A DNA stretch of 64,000 nt from an uncultured Planctomycetia bacterium (GTDB taxonomy: Bacteria > Omnitrophota > Gorgyraeia > Duberdicusellales > 4484-171). The first letter of the stretch is position 1, and every line of letters begins with the position of its first letter. Below are positions 51,128-62,154 of this stretch, one piece after another. Location of the stretch: contig CAZWON010000001.1 of the NCBI GenBank assembly GCA_964635565.1, positions 135,020 to 199,019 of the forward strand, read 5' to 3'. A model generated the notes under the pieces. It did no database searches. It was not told the origin of the DNA and worked only from the letters and a program-made list of their open reading frames with translations. Made by a program: the position numbers and the translations under genes.

Positions 51128-52513
51128 ATGAAAGTCGCATTTTGTTCTTCTGAAGTATTTCCTTTTGCTAAAACAGGGGGGTTGGCAGATGTTAGTGGAG
51201 CATTGCCATTGGCATTATCAGAAGAGGGTTGTAAGGTGAAGGTATTTATGCCCTTTTATAAAGGCATTTCTCCTCAGAGGATAGAGGAAGATTTGGGAGT
51301 TACTGTTATAAACAATAACCTGGAGATTATCTTTATCCGCAATGATAATTATTTTATGCGAGAAGGTCTCTACGGTAGTGTGAGAGGAGATTATTCTGAT
51401 AATCTAGAAAGATTTTCTTTTTATAGCAATAAGACAATTGAAGTCTTAAAAAAAATTAATTTTTCTCCTGATATAATACATTGCAATGACTGGCAAGCTT
51501 CTTTGATAGTAATTTATCTTAAGACAAAATTTAAAGATGATAGTTTTTTCTCTCATACAAGAACTATTCAAACTATTCATAACCTTGCCTATCAGGGAGT
51601 TTTTGACAGAGAGAAGTTTTCTTACTTGGGGTTATCTGAGGATTATTTTTCTTTGAAGTATCTTGAGTTTTATGGAAAGATAAACCTTCTTAAAGGAGGA
51701 ATTGTCTTTTCTGATATGGTTAACACAGTAAGTCCTACTTATGCAAGGCAAATCCAGACAAAAGAATATGGGTGCGGTTTAGAAGGTGTATTGCAGGAAA
51801 AAGGAGATAGGTTGATAGGGATTCTTAATGCTATTGATTATAAGGTCTGGAATCCCAGTAATGATAAGTTTATTTATAAGAAATATTCTTTGCCTTCCTT
51901 AGAGGATAAATATATTAATAAGAGAGAATTCCAGAGAGAGTTTGGACTGAAGATAAAAAAAGGAGAGTTTCTTTTAGGAATGGTTTCAAGGTTGGCTGAA
52001 CAAAAAGGTATTGATATTTTATCTCAGTCTTTAAATTATATTCTAAAAAAATATCAAGTGGTAATTTTAGGCACAGGTGAGGAGAAATATCACAGGATTC
52101 TTAAGGTAAAAGAAAAGAAATATAAAAATAATTTTTCACTTAATTTAAAGTTCGATGAAGCTTTAGCTCACAAAATTTATGCGAGTTGTGATGCTTTTCT
52201 TATGCCCTCTCGTTTTGAACCTTGTGGTTTATCTCAGATGATTAGTTATAAATATGCAACAGTTCCCATTGTTCATCGCACAGGTGGTCTAAGTGATACA
52301 GTGGTAGATTATGAAGATAAAGGAGGAGGATTTGTTTTTACAGAATATTCTCCGAAAGCACTAATTAAGGCAGTTAATAGAGCCTATAAAGTCTTTTGTG
52401 ATAGAGAAAAGTGGTTACCTTTATTAAAGGAAATTTCCTCTTATAGCTTCTCATGGAGAGATTCTGCAAAGAACTATATAAGTATGTATAAAAGATGCCA
52501 GTCATTGCTGTAA
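51128..52513 (+). CDS. glgA: Glycogen synthase
   Basis: KTGGLADV, HCNDWQ, TIHNLAYQG, PSRFEPCGLSQ. Confidence 0.95.
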   Translation: MKVAFCSSEVFPFAKTGGLADVSGALPLALSEEGCKVKVFMPFYKGISPQRIEEDLGVTVINNNLEIIFIRNDNYFMREGLYGSVRGDYSDNLERFSFYSNKTIEVLKKINFSPDIIHCNDWQASLIVIYLKTKFKDDSFFSHTRTIQTIHNLAYQGVFDREKFSYLGLSEDYFSLKYLEFYGKINLLKGGIVFSDMVNTVSPTYARQIQTKEYGCGLEGVLQEKGDRLIGILNAIDYKVWNPSNDKFIYKKYSLPSLEDKYINKREFQREFGLKIKKGEFLLGMVSRLAEQKGIDILSQSLNYILKKYQVVILGTGEEKYHRILKVKEKKYKNNFSLNLKFDEALAHKIYASCDAFLMPSRFEPCGLSQMISYKYATVPIVHRTGGLSDTVVDYEDKGGGFVFTEYSPKALIKAVNRAYKVFCDREKWLPLLKEISSYSFSWRDSAKNYISMYKRCQSLL

Positions 52514-53088
52514 CGGGTGAGCTTTGCAGTGGCAAGAGTGCAGTGTTGAAATTTTTACAGAAGAAAGGAGCGAAAACTTTTTCTTCTGATAGATTGGTGC
52601 ATACTTACTATAAAGATAAAAATAGCCTTATATATAGAAGAATAAAGCAATGTTTCCCTAATGTTTTTAATTGTAAAGGGGTACTTCTAAGGAGTAAATT
52701 AGCAGAGGTTGTTTTTTCTGATATCCGATATCTAAGAAAGTTAGAAGAAATCGTCCACCCTTTAATAATAAGAGATTTAAGAAAATGGGTTTTTTCTAAT
52801 AAGGCTCATAAGGGAATATATGTAGCAGAAGTACCTTTACTGTTTGAGAGGCAGTTAGAGAAGATATTTGATATTATAATCCTTGTTTATGCTTCTAAAT
52901 CTACGCTTATTAAGCGGATAAAAAAGAAATTTAAAATATCGTATAGAGAAGCAGAACAAAGATTGGGTCATTTTATACCTGTAGATAAAAAAAGAAAAAA
53001 TGTTGATTTTGTAATCAACAATAATTCTAATCTAAAAAAATTAGAAAGGAAGGTAGAGTTGATATGGGGAAGATTAAGAAGGGGGTAA
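52495..53088 (+). CDS. coaE: Dephospho-CoA kinase
   Basis: [23 protein letters not shown]. Confidence 0.92.
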   Translation: MPVIAVTGELCSGKSAVLKFLQKKGAKTFSSDRLVHTYYKDKNSLIYRRIKQCFPNVFNCKGVLLRSKLAEVVFSDIRYLRKLEEIVHPLIIRDLRKWVFSNKAHKGIYVAEVPLLFERQLEKIFDIIILVYASKSTLIKRIKKKFKISYREAEQRLGHFIPVDKKRKNVDFVINNNSNLKKLERKVELIWGRLRRG

Positions 53089-53090
53089 CG

Positions 53091-54341
53091 ATGGATATAG
53101 GCACTCTTAAGGATATGAAGATATCCGAGCTGTCCAAAGTTGCGAAGGAGATGAAGATAAATGGAATAAGTGGGGTAAAAAAACAAGACTTAATCTTTAG
53201 GATTCTTCAAGCACAGGCAGAAAAAGAGGGTCTTATGTTTGGAGAAGGGGTTATAGAGATTCTTCCCGAAGGGTTTGGTTTTTTACGTTCCTCCAATTAC
53301 AATTATCTTCCCTCTCCTGATGATATATATGTTTCTCCTTCGCAGATAAGGAAGTTTACTCTGCGCACCGGAGATACCGTAAGCGGCCAAATCCGACCCC
53401 CTAAAGAGAATGAAAAATACTTTGCTCTTCTTAAGGTAGAGGCAGTAAATTTTGAAGACCCCGAGAAAGCACGAAATAGAGTACTGTTTGATAATCTTAC
53501 TCCTACATATCCCAAAAGTAGGTTCATATTAGAGACTACACATGAAGAGACTTCTACAAGAGTAATTGATTTATTGTGTCCTATAGGTAAAGGTCAAAGG
53601 GGTTTAATAGTAGCCCCTCCTTATAGCGGTAAGACTGTTCTTTTACAGAAGACAGCTAATGCCATAATGAAGAATTATCCTGAGGTGGTATTGATAGTAT
53701 TGCTTATTGATGAGCGGCCTGAAGAAGTAACAGAAATGAAGAATATTGTTAAAGGTGAGGTTGTAAGCTCTACTTTTGATGAACCTGCTCAGCGGCATGT
53801 TCAGGTTGCAGAGATGGTTTTAGAAAAAGCTAAACGACTTGTTGAACATAAAAAAGATGTTGTTATTCTTCTTGATAGTATTACCCGTTTAGCACGTGCT
53901 TATAACTTAGTGGAACCACACTCAGGAAGAATTTTATCAGGGGGTATAGACTCTAATGCTCTTCATAAACCTAAACGTTTCTTTGGAACAGCAAGGGCTT
54001 TAGAAGAAGGAGGGTCTTTAACTATAATTGCAACTGCTTTAGTTGATACTGGTTCAAGGATGGACGATGTTATTTTTGAGGAATTTAAAGGTACAGGAAA
54101 TATGGAGATTACTTTGGATAGAAATATATTCCAGCGCCGAATTTACCCTTCAATTGATATTAAAAGGTCTAATACCCGCCGGGAAGAACTTTTGCTTCAT
54201 CCTGATGAATTGCAGAGAATATGGATTTTAAGAAAAGCACTGAATGAATTAAGCTCTGTAGAGGCTTTAGAGTTGCTTATTGAGAAACTTTCCAAGACAA
54301 AGAATAATGTTGAATTTTTACTTACCCTCAATAAAACCTAA
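53091..54341 (+). CDS. rho: Transcription termination factor Rho
   Basis: [36 protein letters not shown]; ATG 53091 after a G-rich SD. Confidence 0.98.
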   Translation: MDIGTLKDMKISELSKVAKEMKINGISGVKKQDLIFRILQAQAEKEGLMFGEGVIEILPEGFGFLRSSNYNYLPSPDDIYVSPSQIRKFTLRTGDTVSGQIRPPKENEKYFALLKVEAVNFEDPEKARNRVLFDNLTPTYPKSRFILETTHEETSTRVIDLLCPIGKGQRGLIVAPPYSGKTVLLQKTANAIMKNYPEVVLIVLLIDERPEEVTEMKNIVKGEVVSSTFDEPAQRHVQVAEMVLEKAKRLVEHKKDVVILLDSITRLARAYNLVEPHSGRILSGGIDSNALHKPKRFFGTARALEEGGSLTIIATALVDTGSRMDDVIFEEFKGTGNMEITLDRNIFQRRIYPSIDIKRSNTRREELLLHPDELQRIWILRKALNELSSVEALELLIEKLSKTKNNVEFLLTLNKT

Positions 54342-54538
54342 GAGAGATAATCGAAGCGGTTTTTTATAATTGTTAAAAGAAATATATAAATATCCAATTT
54401 TCGCTAAAGAGAGATTGCGTAAATTAGCGGTTAAACATTAATTTGTTTAAAATTTAGAAATTAGGATTATGATATACGAGCAAATGCAATGTTAGAGGTT
54501 TGAAGCTTATTAAGTTAATTATAAGGAGGTGTGGAGCA

Positions 54539-54739
54539 ATGAAAAAAGAAGGGCACCCTAAATATGAGTTTGCCACTATAATGTGTGCTTGCGGGAATGT
54601 GATTCATACTCGTTCTACTAAAAAGACCATTAATGTAGAGATATGCTCTAAATGCCATCCCTTTTTTACGGGCAGACAAAAGTTTGTCGATTCTGAAGGA
54701 CGAGTTGAAAAATTTATGAAAAAATATGGTAAGAAATAA
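54539..54739 (+). CDS. rpmE: 50S ribosomal protein L31, Zn type
   Basis: [18 protein letters not shown]; SD AGGAGG before ATG 54539. Confidence 0.96.
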   Translation: MKKEGHPKYEFATIMCACGNVIHTRSTKKTINVEICSKCHPFFTGRQKFVDSEGRVEKFMKKYGKK

Positions 54740-54823
54740 ATATCCAATGGAATATATGGGTAGAGCTTTATTAAATAGAATAAAAGTGTAAAGATAATTT
54801 TATTTAATATTTAAATATTTAGA

Positions 54824-55897
54824 ATGATAGATTATAGGAAATTAAAAGAAGAGTATGAGGCGGTCTCTAAAAGACTTTCTTCGCCAGATATTTATAATGA
54901 TCGCCAGCATTATCAAAACCTTACCAAAAGATTTTCTTTTTTAGAAAGGGTGATAAAAAAAATAAAGATATACGAGAAATATTTAAAAGAGAAAGAGCAA
55001 CTTAAAACCATTGTTAATAATCCTACAGAAGATAGTGAGATACAAGGCTTAGCAAAGGAAGAACTTATTGAGACTGAGGAGAAAGTTAAACGAATGGAAG
55101 AAGAAATTGAAGAAATGGTTTTTGAAGAAAATATTTCGCCTGATAGAGATGTAATTGTTGAGATAAGAGCTGCAGCAGGAGGAGAAGAAGCTGCTCTTTT
55201 TGCTTCTGACCTTTTTAAAATGTATTCTAAATATATAGAGAAAAAAGGGTGGAAATTGGAAATATTAAGTTCTCATTTAACAGAAATTGGAGGAATAAAG
55301 GAGATAATTTTTTCTGTTAAAGGCAAAAGATGTTATTCTCATCTTAAATTTGAAAGTGGCGTCCATAGAGTCCAGCGTGTGCCTGTTACAGAATCAGGAG
55401 GTAGAATTCATACCTCAACTGCAACAGTAGCAGTTTTAGTTGAACCTAAGAGCATAGAGCTTAATATAGATCCCAGTGATTTAAAAATAGATACTTTTAG
55501 AGCTTCAGGGCATGGAGGTCAGCATGTTAATAGAACAGATTCTGCAGTAAGGATAACACATCTACCTACAGGAATTACTGTAAGCTGTCAGGACGAGCGT
55601 TCCCAAATAAAAAACCGAGATAAGGCAATGCGGGTATTAAAAGCTCGTCTTTTGGATAAGATACAAAGGGAAGAGGAAAGCAAAATATCTCGTCAAAGGC
55701 GAATTCAAATAGGTAGTGGTGAGCGGAGCGAAAAAATTCGTACTTATAATTTTCCTGAAAGAAGAGTCACTGAGCATAGAATAAATTTGACCCTTTATAG
55801 GTTAGAGGATATTTTAGAGGGGAATCTTGATGAGATTATTAAAAATTTGATTAAAGAAGAAAGAAAGAAAATACATGAAGCTAAAAGATTGGATTAA
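54824..55897 (+). CDS. prfA: Peptide chain release factor 1
   Basis: PVT anticodon motif, GGQ, RSEKIRTYNFP. Confidence 0.97.
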   Translation: MIDYRKLKEEYEAVSKRLSSPDIYNDRQHYQNLTKRFSFLERVIKKIKIYEKYLKEKEQLKTIVNNPTEDSEIQGLAKEELIETEEKVKRMEEEIEEMVFEENISPDRDVIVEIRAAAGGEEAALFASDLFKMYSKYIEKKGWKLEILSSHLTEIGGIKEIIFSVKGKRCYSHLKFESGVHRVQRVPVTESGGRIHTSTATVAVLVEPKSIELNIDPSDLKIDTFRASGHGGQHVNRTDSAVRITHLPTGITVSCQDERSQIKNRDKAMRVLKARLLDKIQREEESKISRQRRIQIGSGERSEKIRTYNFPERRVTEHRINLTLYRLEDILEGNLDEIIKNLIKEERKKIHEAKRLD

Positions 55898-56681
55898 TAA
55901 GAATCAATCTGTATTTATACAGCGGGATTTAAATTTAATCTTGCATTCTTTTTTTTCACAAAAAAGATATTATTTTATTGAGGATTATACTCCCACCTCT
56001 TATCAGATGCAGTATCTTAAGATACTAAAAGAGGCTTATTGTAAAGGATGGCCTTTACCTTATCTCATCAGAAAAGAGGAATTTTTTGGCTTTAGATTTT
56101 TTGTTAAGCGTGGCATATTCATCCCTCGTCCTGAAACAGAAATCATAGTAGAGAAAGCCTTAGAGATTATAAATCGGAATAGAATGAAAAGAATATTAGA
56201 TTTATGCTGCGGAAGTTGTTGTATAGCAATTACCCTTAGAAAAAAAACTCATAAGAATAGTATTGTATATGCTTCGGATATAGATGAGGAAGCTTTGAGA
56301 GTAAGTAGAGAAAATATAAGGTTACATAAGGTTAAGATACATCTGGTTAGAAGTGATTTATTTTCTGCATTTAAAGGAAAAACTTTTGATGTGATTGTTT
56401 CCAATCCTCCTTATGTAGAAAGTGGACAAATAAAAGGCACCTTACATTTTGAACCATTGAAGGCATTAGATGGGGGAAAGAATGGTTTGTTTTTTATTTA
56501 TAAGATATTGAAAAAAGCGCCTTTTTATTTAAAAAGAGGCGGTTGCTTGATTTTAGAGATGGGATATAATCATAAAGATAGAGTCGATAAAAAGTTGAAA
56601 GATGAGGGTAAATTTACAGTAAAAGAATGGATAGAAGACTATTCTGGATTTACAAGAGGGGTTGTTCTTCAGTTAAATTAG
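55875..56681 (+). CDS. prmC: Release factor glutamine methyltransferase
   Basis: IPRPETE, DLCCGS, SNPPY, ALDGG. Confidence 0.95.
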   Translation: MKLKDWINKNQSVFIQRDLNLILHSFFSQKRYYFIEDYTPTSYQMQYLKILKEAYCKGWPLPYLIRKEEFFGFRFFVKRGIFIPRPETEIIVEKALEIINRNRMKRILDLCCGSCCIAITLRKKTHKNSIVYASDIDEEALRVSRENIRLHKVKIHLVRSDLFSAFKGKTFDVIVSNPPYVESGQIKGTLHFEPLKALDGGKNGLFFIYKILKKAPFYLKRGGCLILEMGYNHKDRVDKKLKDEGKFTVKEWIEDYSGFTRGVVLQLN

Positions 56682-56685
56682 ACCT

Positions 56686-57942
56686 ATGGAAAAATTTGTT
56701 ATCTATAAGTCATCTTTAAAAGGCCAAGTAAAAGTAAGTGGTTCGAAGAATGCCTCTTTACCTATTATTGCTGCTACCCTTCTTACAGATGAGAAATGTA
56801 ATATTTATGGTGTTCCTGATTTGATAGATGTAAAGACAATGATTAAGATATTGGAAGTGTTAGGTAAGGAAGTTAAGTTCCATAAAGGGAGAGTAACAGT
56901 AAAGACGAAGAAAAGAGGAAGTTATGTAGCTCCTTACCGTTTAGTACGCACGATGAGAGCTTCTTTTTGTGTATTAGGTCCTCTATTGGCAATAAGAAAA
57001 AAAGCGAAAGTTTCTTTACCCGGCGGATGCGTGATTGGTATAAGGCCAGTAGATTTACATCTTAAAGGATTAAAAGAATTGGGAGCGAAAATTGTTATTG
57101 ATAGAGGATATTGTTTAGGTGAAGCCAAAATACTTGTAGGGAGACATATTTTTTTAGGAGGGCATTTTGGTTCGTCGGTTCTAGCAACCGCGAATGTCCT
57201 TATGGCAGCAACTTTGGCAAAAGGAGAAACAATTATTGAATCTGCTGCTTGCGAACCCGAAATAGTAAATTTAGCTATGTTTTTGAAGAAGATGGGGGCA
57301 CATATTGAAGGAGAAGGCACACCTTTAATAAGAGTAAGAGGAGTAAAAAACTTAGGGGGAGCTGACTTTAAAGTGATTCCCGATAGAATTGAGGCAGGTA
57401 CTTATATTGCTACTGCTTTGGCAACTCATTCTAATATAACTATTTTGGGAGTAAATTCTTCTCACCTTATGTGTGTTATAGAGACAGCAAAAAAAATGGG
57501 AGCAAAGATTTTAATTGATGATTCTAAGTTACATATAACACCTTCTGCCGTCATAAATCCTTTAAATATTACTACCTTAGCATACCCGGGGTTTCCCACA
57601 GATTTACAAGCGCAGTTTATGGTTTGTCTGTCTTTAGCGAAAGGAGTTTCTTTGATAACAGAGAAGGTTTATCCTGATAGATTTATGCATGTTGCTGAGC
57701 TTAATCGTATGGGAGCCCATATTCAAAGAAGTGGTCCTTATGCAATTATTGAAGGAGTAAATAGCCTTTATGGGGCAGAAGTAATGGCTTCTGATTTGAG
57801 AGCTTCTGCAGCACTGGTCATTGCTGGTTTGGTGGCAAGAGGTAAAACAGAAGTGTTAAGAGTTTATCATCTTGATAGAGGGTATGAAAAGTTAGAAGAT
57901 AAATTAGCTAAATTAGGCGCAAAAATAACACGGAGAAAATGA
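56686..57942 (+). CDS. murA: UDP-N-acetylglucosamine 1-carboxyvinyltransferase
   Basis: GSKNA, MRAS, LPGGC.IG.RP, DRIEAGT, PGFPTDLQ, DLRA. Confidence 0.97.
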   Translation: MEKFVIYKSSLKGQVKVSGSKNASLPIIAATLLTDEKCNIYGVPDLIDVKTMIKILEVLGKEVKFHKGRVTVKTKKRGSYVAPYRLVRTMRASFCVLGPLLAIRKKAKVSLPGGCVIGIRPVDLHLKGLKELGAKIVIDRGYCLGEAKILVGRHIFLGGHFGSSVLATANVLMAATLAKGETIIESAACEPEIVNLAMFLKKMGAHIEGEGTPLIRVRGVKNLGGADFKVIPDRIEAGTYIATALATHSNITILGVNSSHLMCVIETAKKMGAKILIDDSKLHITPSAVINPLNITTLAYPGFPTDLQAQFMVCLSLAKGVSLITEKVYPDRFMHVAELNRMGAHIQRSGPYAIIEGVNSLYGAEVMASDLRASAALVIAGLVARGKTEVLRVYHLDRGYEKLEDKLAKLGAKITRRK

Positions 57943-57985
57943 TTATAGAAAGAGGAGAATAATTTATGGTGTGGGAGTATATATT

Positions 57986-58558
57986 ATGAGAAGGATTCTT
58001 ATAATAGATAATTATGATTCTTTTACCTATAATCTTGTTCAGTATTTTGGAGAGCTAAAAGCAGAAACAATTGTATTTAGAAGTGACAAAATTGATATAA
58101 AAACTGCAAGAAGACTTAATGTTGAAAGGATAGTTATTTCTCCAGGGCCAGGGCGTCCTCAGACCCAGGGCAAAGTAAGTTGTGGGATAATTAGTGAGTT
58201 TTATAAAAAAATTCCTATTTTAGGAGTATGTTTAGGACATCAGTGTATTGGTTATGTATTTGGAGCAAAAATAATCAAAGCACCGATACTTATGCATGGC
58301 AAGAGTTCGCTAATTTATCACAATAAGAAGGATATTTTTAAAAATCTACCCAATCCTTTTTCTGCTGTTAGATACCACTCTTTAATAATCGATAGGAAGA
58401 CCTTACCATTTAATTTAATAGTGAATGCTACGACAAAAGATGGTATAATAATGGGGGTTAGGGAGAAAAGATATCCTTTGTTTGGAGTGCAGTTTCATCC
58501 TGAATCAATTTTAACTATAGAAGGTAAGAAACTATTGGATAATTTTTTGTCATTATGA
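57986..58558 (+). CDS. trpG: Anthranilate synthase component II (glutamine amidotransferase, TrpG/PabA)
   Basis: DNYDSFTYN, SPGPG, GVCLGHQ, QFHPES. Confidence 0.9.
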   Translation: MRRILIIDNYDSFTYNLVQYFGELKAETIVFRSDKIDIKTARRLNVERIVISPGPGRPQTQGKVSCGIISEFYKKIPILGVCLGHQCIGYVFGAKIIKAPILMHGKSSLIYHNKKDIFKNLPNPFSAVRYHSLIIDRKTLPFNLIVNATTKDGIIMGVREKRYPLFGVQFHPESILTIEGKKLLDNFLSL

Positions 58559-59595
58559 TACAGGAAGCAATAAGAAAAATAGTTCAAAAAGAGCATTTAA
58601 ATTTTTATGAGGCAAAAGAAGTGTTTTATGAGATATTCGAAGATAGGTGTAAGGATACTCAAATAGCAGGTTTTTTAATGGGACTTTCTATTTTAGGTGA
58701 AAAAGATGAGGAGATTGCTGCAGCAGCAAGTGTAGTAAGAGAAAAGGCAATTAAGATAAACATAAGAGAAAATTCTTTAGGAGTTGAACTTAAGGAACCT
58801 TTGTTTGATACCTGTGGTACAGGTGGTTCGGGGGCAGAAAAGTTTAATATTTCTACCGCGGTTGCTTTTGTAGTAAGTAGCGCAGGGATTAAGGTTGCTA
58901 AGCATGGGAATAGAGCAGTTTCTTCTACCTGTGGAAGCGCAGATGTATTAGAGACTTTAGGAATAAAAATAGAGGTAAATCCTTCTGTTATGGAAAAGGC
59001 TATAAAGAAAATAGGATTAGGATTTCTTTTTGCCCCCTTGTATCATAAGGTATTCAGGAAAGTAGCACCTATAAGGAAAGAATTAGGGATAAGAACAATT
59101 TTTAATTTCATTGGTCCTCTTTGCAATCCTGTCTCTGTAACCCACCAGTTATTGGGAGTCTCTAATAGCGCTTTACTTCTTACTTTAGCATCTGCATTAA
59201 ATAAATTACATACTCGCAGGGCATTTGTTGTTTATGGAGAGGACTTGAAAGACGAGATTACTCTTACAGGAAAAACAAAAGTTGCTTTCTTAGACAGAGG
59301 TAGAGTCAAACAATTTAAACTCACTCCTTCTAATTTTGGCTTAAAAAAATGCACTCTTAAAGACTTAGAGGCAAAGACAAAAGATGAGAGTGCGAAGATA
59401 ATAATTGACATATTTAAAGGGAAAAAAGGAGCACCCCGCGATGTTGTTTTAGCGAATACCTCTGCGTGTTTTTATCTTCTGGGAAAAGTTAAGAACTTAA
59501 AGGAGGGTGTAAAGCTTGGTGCCTATTATATAGATGAAGGTAAAGCTATGGATAAATATCTTTATTTTAAAGATTTCTTAGAAAAATATGGGTAA
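58555..59595 (+). CDS. trpD: Anthranilate phosphoribosyltransferase
   Basis: DTCGTGG, NIST, KHGNR, GSAD, DE. Confidence 0.96.
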   Translation: MIQEAIRKIVQKEHLNFYEAKEVFYEIFEDRCKDTQIAGFLMGLSILGEKDEEIAAAASVVREKAIKINIRENSLGVELKEPLFDTCGTGGSGAEKFNISTAVAFVVSSAGIKVAKHGNRAVSSTCGSADVLETLGIKIEVNPSVMEKAIKKIGLGFLFAPLYHKVFRKVAPIRKELGIRTIFNFIGPLCNPVSVTHQLLGVSNSALLLTLASALNKLHTRRAFVVYGEDLKDEITLTGKTKVAFLDRGRVKQFKLTPSNFGLKKCTLKDLEAKTKDESAKIIIDIFKGKKGAPRDVVLANTSACFYLLGKVKNLKEGVKLGAYYIDEGKAMDKYLYFKDFLEKYG

Positions 59596-60373
59596 TATAT
59601 TATCTCTTATTTTGGAGAATAAAAAGAAACGCATTGAAATCTTAAGGAAGAATAGAGAAGGATTACTTTCTTTAATTAAAAAAGCCCCTAAGATCAGACC
59701 ATTTAAAAGTTCTATCAAAAGAGAAGGAAAGATTTCTTTGATTGCAGAATTAAAGCAGGCATCTCCTTCTGCAGGTATTCTTCGCAAGGATTTCTTCTTA
59801 AAGGATGTGGTAAGGTCCTTTATTGAGTCAAAAGTTAATGCTATATCCGTTCTTACTGAAGAGGATTTTTTTCTAGGTAAGATAAGTTATATTGAGGAAG
59901 TAAATAAGATAGCAAATATTCCTATTTTAAGGAAAGATTTTATTATAGATGAATCGCAAGTATTGGAATCAAGAGCAGCAGGGGCAGATGCTATTCTTCT
60001 TATTGCTCGCTTATTAGATAATGAACGATTGCTTCGACTATATTCGTTGGCGAAAGATTTAGGTATGGATATAGTGGTAGAAGTGCATACTCAGAAAGAA
60101 CTAAGAAGAGTGCTTTCTCTTCCCTTTGATATTATTGGGATAAACAACAGAAATTTAGATACCTTGACTATAGACTTAAACACTACTGCTAAATTGGCTC
60201 CTTTTATCTCCAAGGATATTGCTATAATAAGTGAAAGTGGCATTTCAGAGTTGAAAGATATTCTTTGGCTTAAGGGTTTGGGAATAGATGCTGTGTTAGT
60301 AGGTGAAGTAATAATGAAGTCAGAGGACGTGAATAGCAAAATAAAGGAATTACATATAGATGGTAAAGGTTAA
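59588..60373 (+). CDS. trpC: Indole-3-glycerol phosphate synthase
   Basis: IAELKQASPS, SVLTE, LRKDF, GINNR, SESG. Confidence 0.96.
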   Translation: MGNILSLILENKKKRIEILRKNREGLLSLIKKAPKIRPFKSSIKREGKISLIAELKQASPSAGILRKDFFLKDVVRSFIESKVNAISVLTEEDFFLGKISYIEEVNKIANIPILRKDFIIDESQVLESRAAGADAILLIARLLDNERLLRLYSLAKDLGMDIVVEVHTQKELRRVLSLPFDIIGINNRNLDTLTIDLNTTAKLAPFISKDIAIISESGISELKDILWLKGLGIDAVLVGEVIMKSEDVNSKIKELHIDGKG

Positions 60374-60995
60374 GATATGCGGTATTACCAACATTGACGA
60401 TGCTGTTTTCTGCTCGCAAGTCGGTGCTAATGCGTTGGGGTTTATTTTCTATAAACGGTCCCCCCGTTATATTACTCCTTCTAACGCAAAGAAAATAATC
60501 GATAAGTTAGGTCCTTTTATTGTAAAAGTAGGAGTTTTTGTTGATGAGGATAAAGGGGCAGTTTCTGAAATAGCCAACTATGTTGGTCTTGATGTTTTGC
60601 AGTTTCATGGTAAAGAAAGTCAATCTTATTGCTTTTCTTTTCTCCCTAAATTTAGAATAATAAAAACTTTCTTTCTTCCTCAATTTCCTTCATATAGTTA
60701 TGGTAAAATAGATACTTATCTTTTTGATATACGGTGGGAAGAAAAGCAGAAAAGGAAGAGAACTTTGCCTAAAGAATTTTTAAAGAGGATAAAAAGTATC
60801 GAAGGGAAAAAGATTATTATCTCAGGGGGGCTTACTCCAAGAAATGTTTTAAAGATTATAAAAACAGTTAGACCGTATGCTGTTGATGTATGTAGCGGAG
60901 TAGAGAACTTTCCTGGTAAAAAAGACAGAAATTTAGTGAGAGATTTTATTAATAAAATCCAGAGTGTTGAATCTGTTAAATATGAAAGTTCCTGA
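60360..60995 (+). CDS. trpF: Phosphoribosylanthranilate isomerase
   Basis: [25 protein letters not shown]. Confidence 0.92.
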   Translation: MVKVKICGITNIDDAVFCSQVGANALGFIFYKRSPRYITPSNAKKIIDKLGPFIVKVGVFVDEDKGAVSEIANYVGLDVLQFHGKESQSYCFSFLPKFRIIKTFFLPQFPSYSYGKIDTYLFDIRWEEKQKRKRTLPKEFLKRIKSIEGKKIIISGGLTPRNVLKIIKTVRPYAVDVCSGVENFPGKKDRNLVRDFINKIQSVESVKYESS

Positions 60996-62154
60996 TAGAA
61001 AAGGGTATTTTGGTAAATTTGGGGGTAGATTTATTCCGGAAACTTTATCTTTATGCTTAGATGAGTTAGATAAAGCTTACAAAAAGGTAAAAAAAGATAA
61101 GATATTTAAAAAAGAGTTATTTTATTATCTTTATAATTATGCTTCTAGACCAACCCCTCTTTATTTTGCAAGAAATCTTAGTAAAAGATTAAAACTAAAA
61201 ATATACCTTAAAAGAGAAGATGTTCTTCATACCGGTGCCCATAAAATAAATAATACGTTAGGGCAGGCTCTTCTTGCGCGTTATATGGGTAAAAAAAGAA
61301 TTATTGCTGAGACAGGAGCAGGTCAACATGGTGTAGCAACTGCTACGGTTAGCGCACTATTTGGTTTTAAATGTGATATTTATATGGGTAAAGTTGACAT
61401 AAAAAGGCAAAAAATGAATGTATTTCGTATGCATATGTTAGGAGCAAAAGTAATTCCTGTAGATAGTGGGTCCTGTACTTTAAAAGATGCCTGCAATGAA
61501 GCAATAAGAGATTGGGTTACTAATGTGAAAGATACTTATTATCTTTTAGGTTCTGTGGTAGGACCCCATCCTTATCCTCTTATAGTAAGAGATTTTCAAT
61601 CTGTTATTGGAAGAGAAACCAAAGCACAGATTATTAAGAAAGAAGGGCGTTTACCCGATTATCTTGTTGCTTGTGTAGGAGGAGGGAGTAATTCTATAGG
61701 GATGTTTCATCCATTTTTTTCTGATAAAAAGGTTAAATTTATAGGAGTAGAAGCAGGGGGAATGGGATTAAACAAGAGGCACGCTGCTACTCTTCTTAAA
61801 GGGAAAGAGGGAGTTCTTCACGGTTCTAAGTCTTTTCTTCTGGAAGATAAATTTGGTCAAGTTACAGTTCCTCATTCTATTGCTGCTGGTCTTGATTATC
61901 CAGGAGTAGGACCAGAACACGCTTATTATAAATCTATAGGTCGTGCTTGTTATGTAGCAATAAATGACAGAGAGGCTGTTGAGGCTTTTAAGCTGTTAAG
62001 TGAAGTTGAAGGGATAATCCCTGCTTTAGAGAGTGCCCATGCTATAGCATACCTGAAAAAATTAGCAAAAAAAGATAAGAATGCATTGGTTATAGTATGT
62101 TTATCAGGAAGGGGAGATAAAGACTTGAATATTGTAGAGGAATGGGAGAGATAG
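60982..62154 (+). CDS. trpB: Tryptophan synthase beta chain
   Basis: [37 protein letters not shown]. Confidence 0.98.
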   Translation: MKVPDRKGYFGKFGGRFIPETLSLCLDELDKAYKKVKKDKIFKKELFYYLYNYASRPTPLYFARNLSKRLKLKIYLKREDVLHTGAHKINNTLGQALLARYMGKKRIIAETGAGQHGVATATVSALFGFKCDIYMGKVDIKRQKMNVFRMHMLGAKVIPVDSGSCTLKDACNEAIRDWVTNVKDTYYLLGSVVGPHPYPLIVRDFQSVIGRETKAQIIKKEGRLPDYLVACVGGGSNSIGMFHPFFSDKKVKFIGVEAGGMGLNKRHAATLLKGKEGVLHGSKSFLLEDKFGQVTVPHSIAAGLDYPGVGPEHAYYKSIGRACYVAINDREAVEAFKLLSEVEGIIPALESAHAIAYLKKLAKKDKNALVIVCLSGRGDKDLNIVEEWER

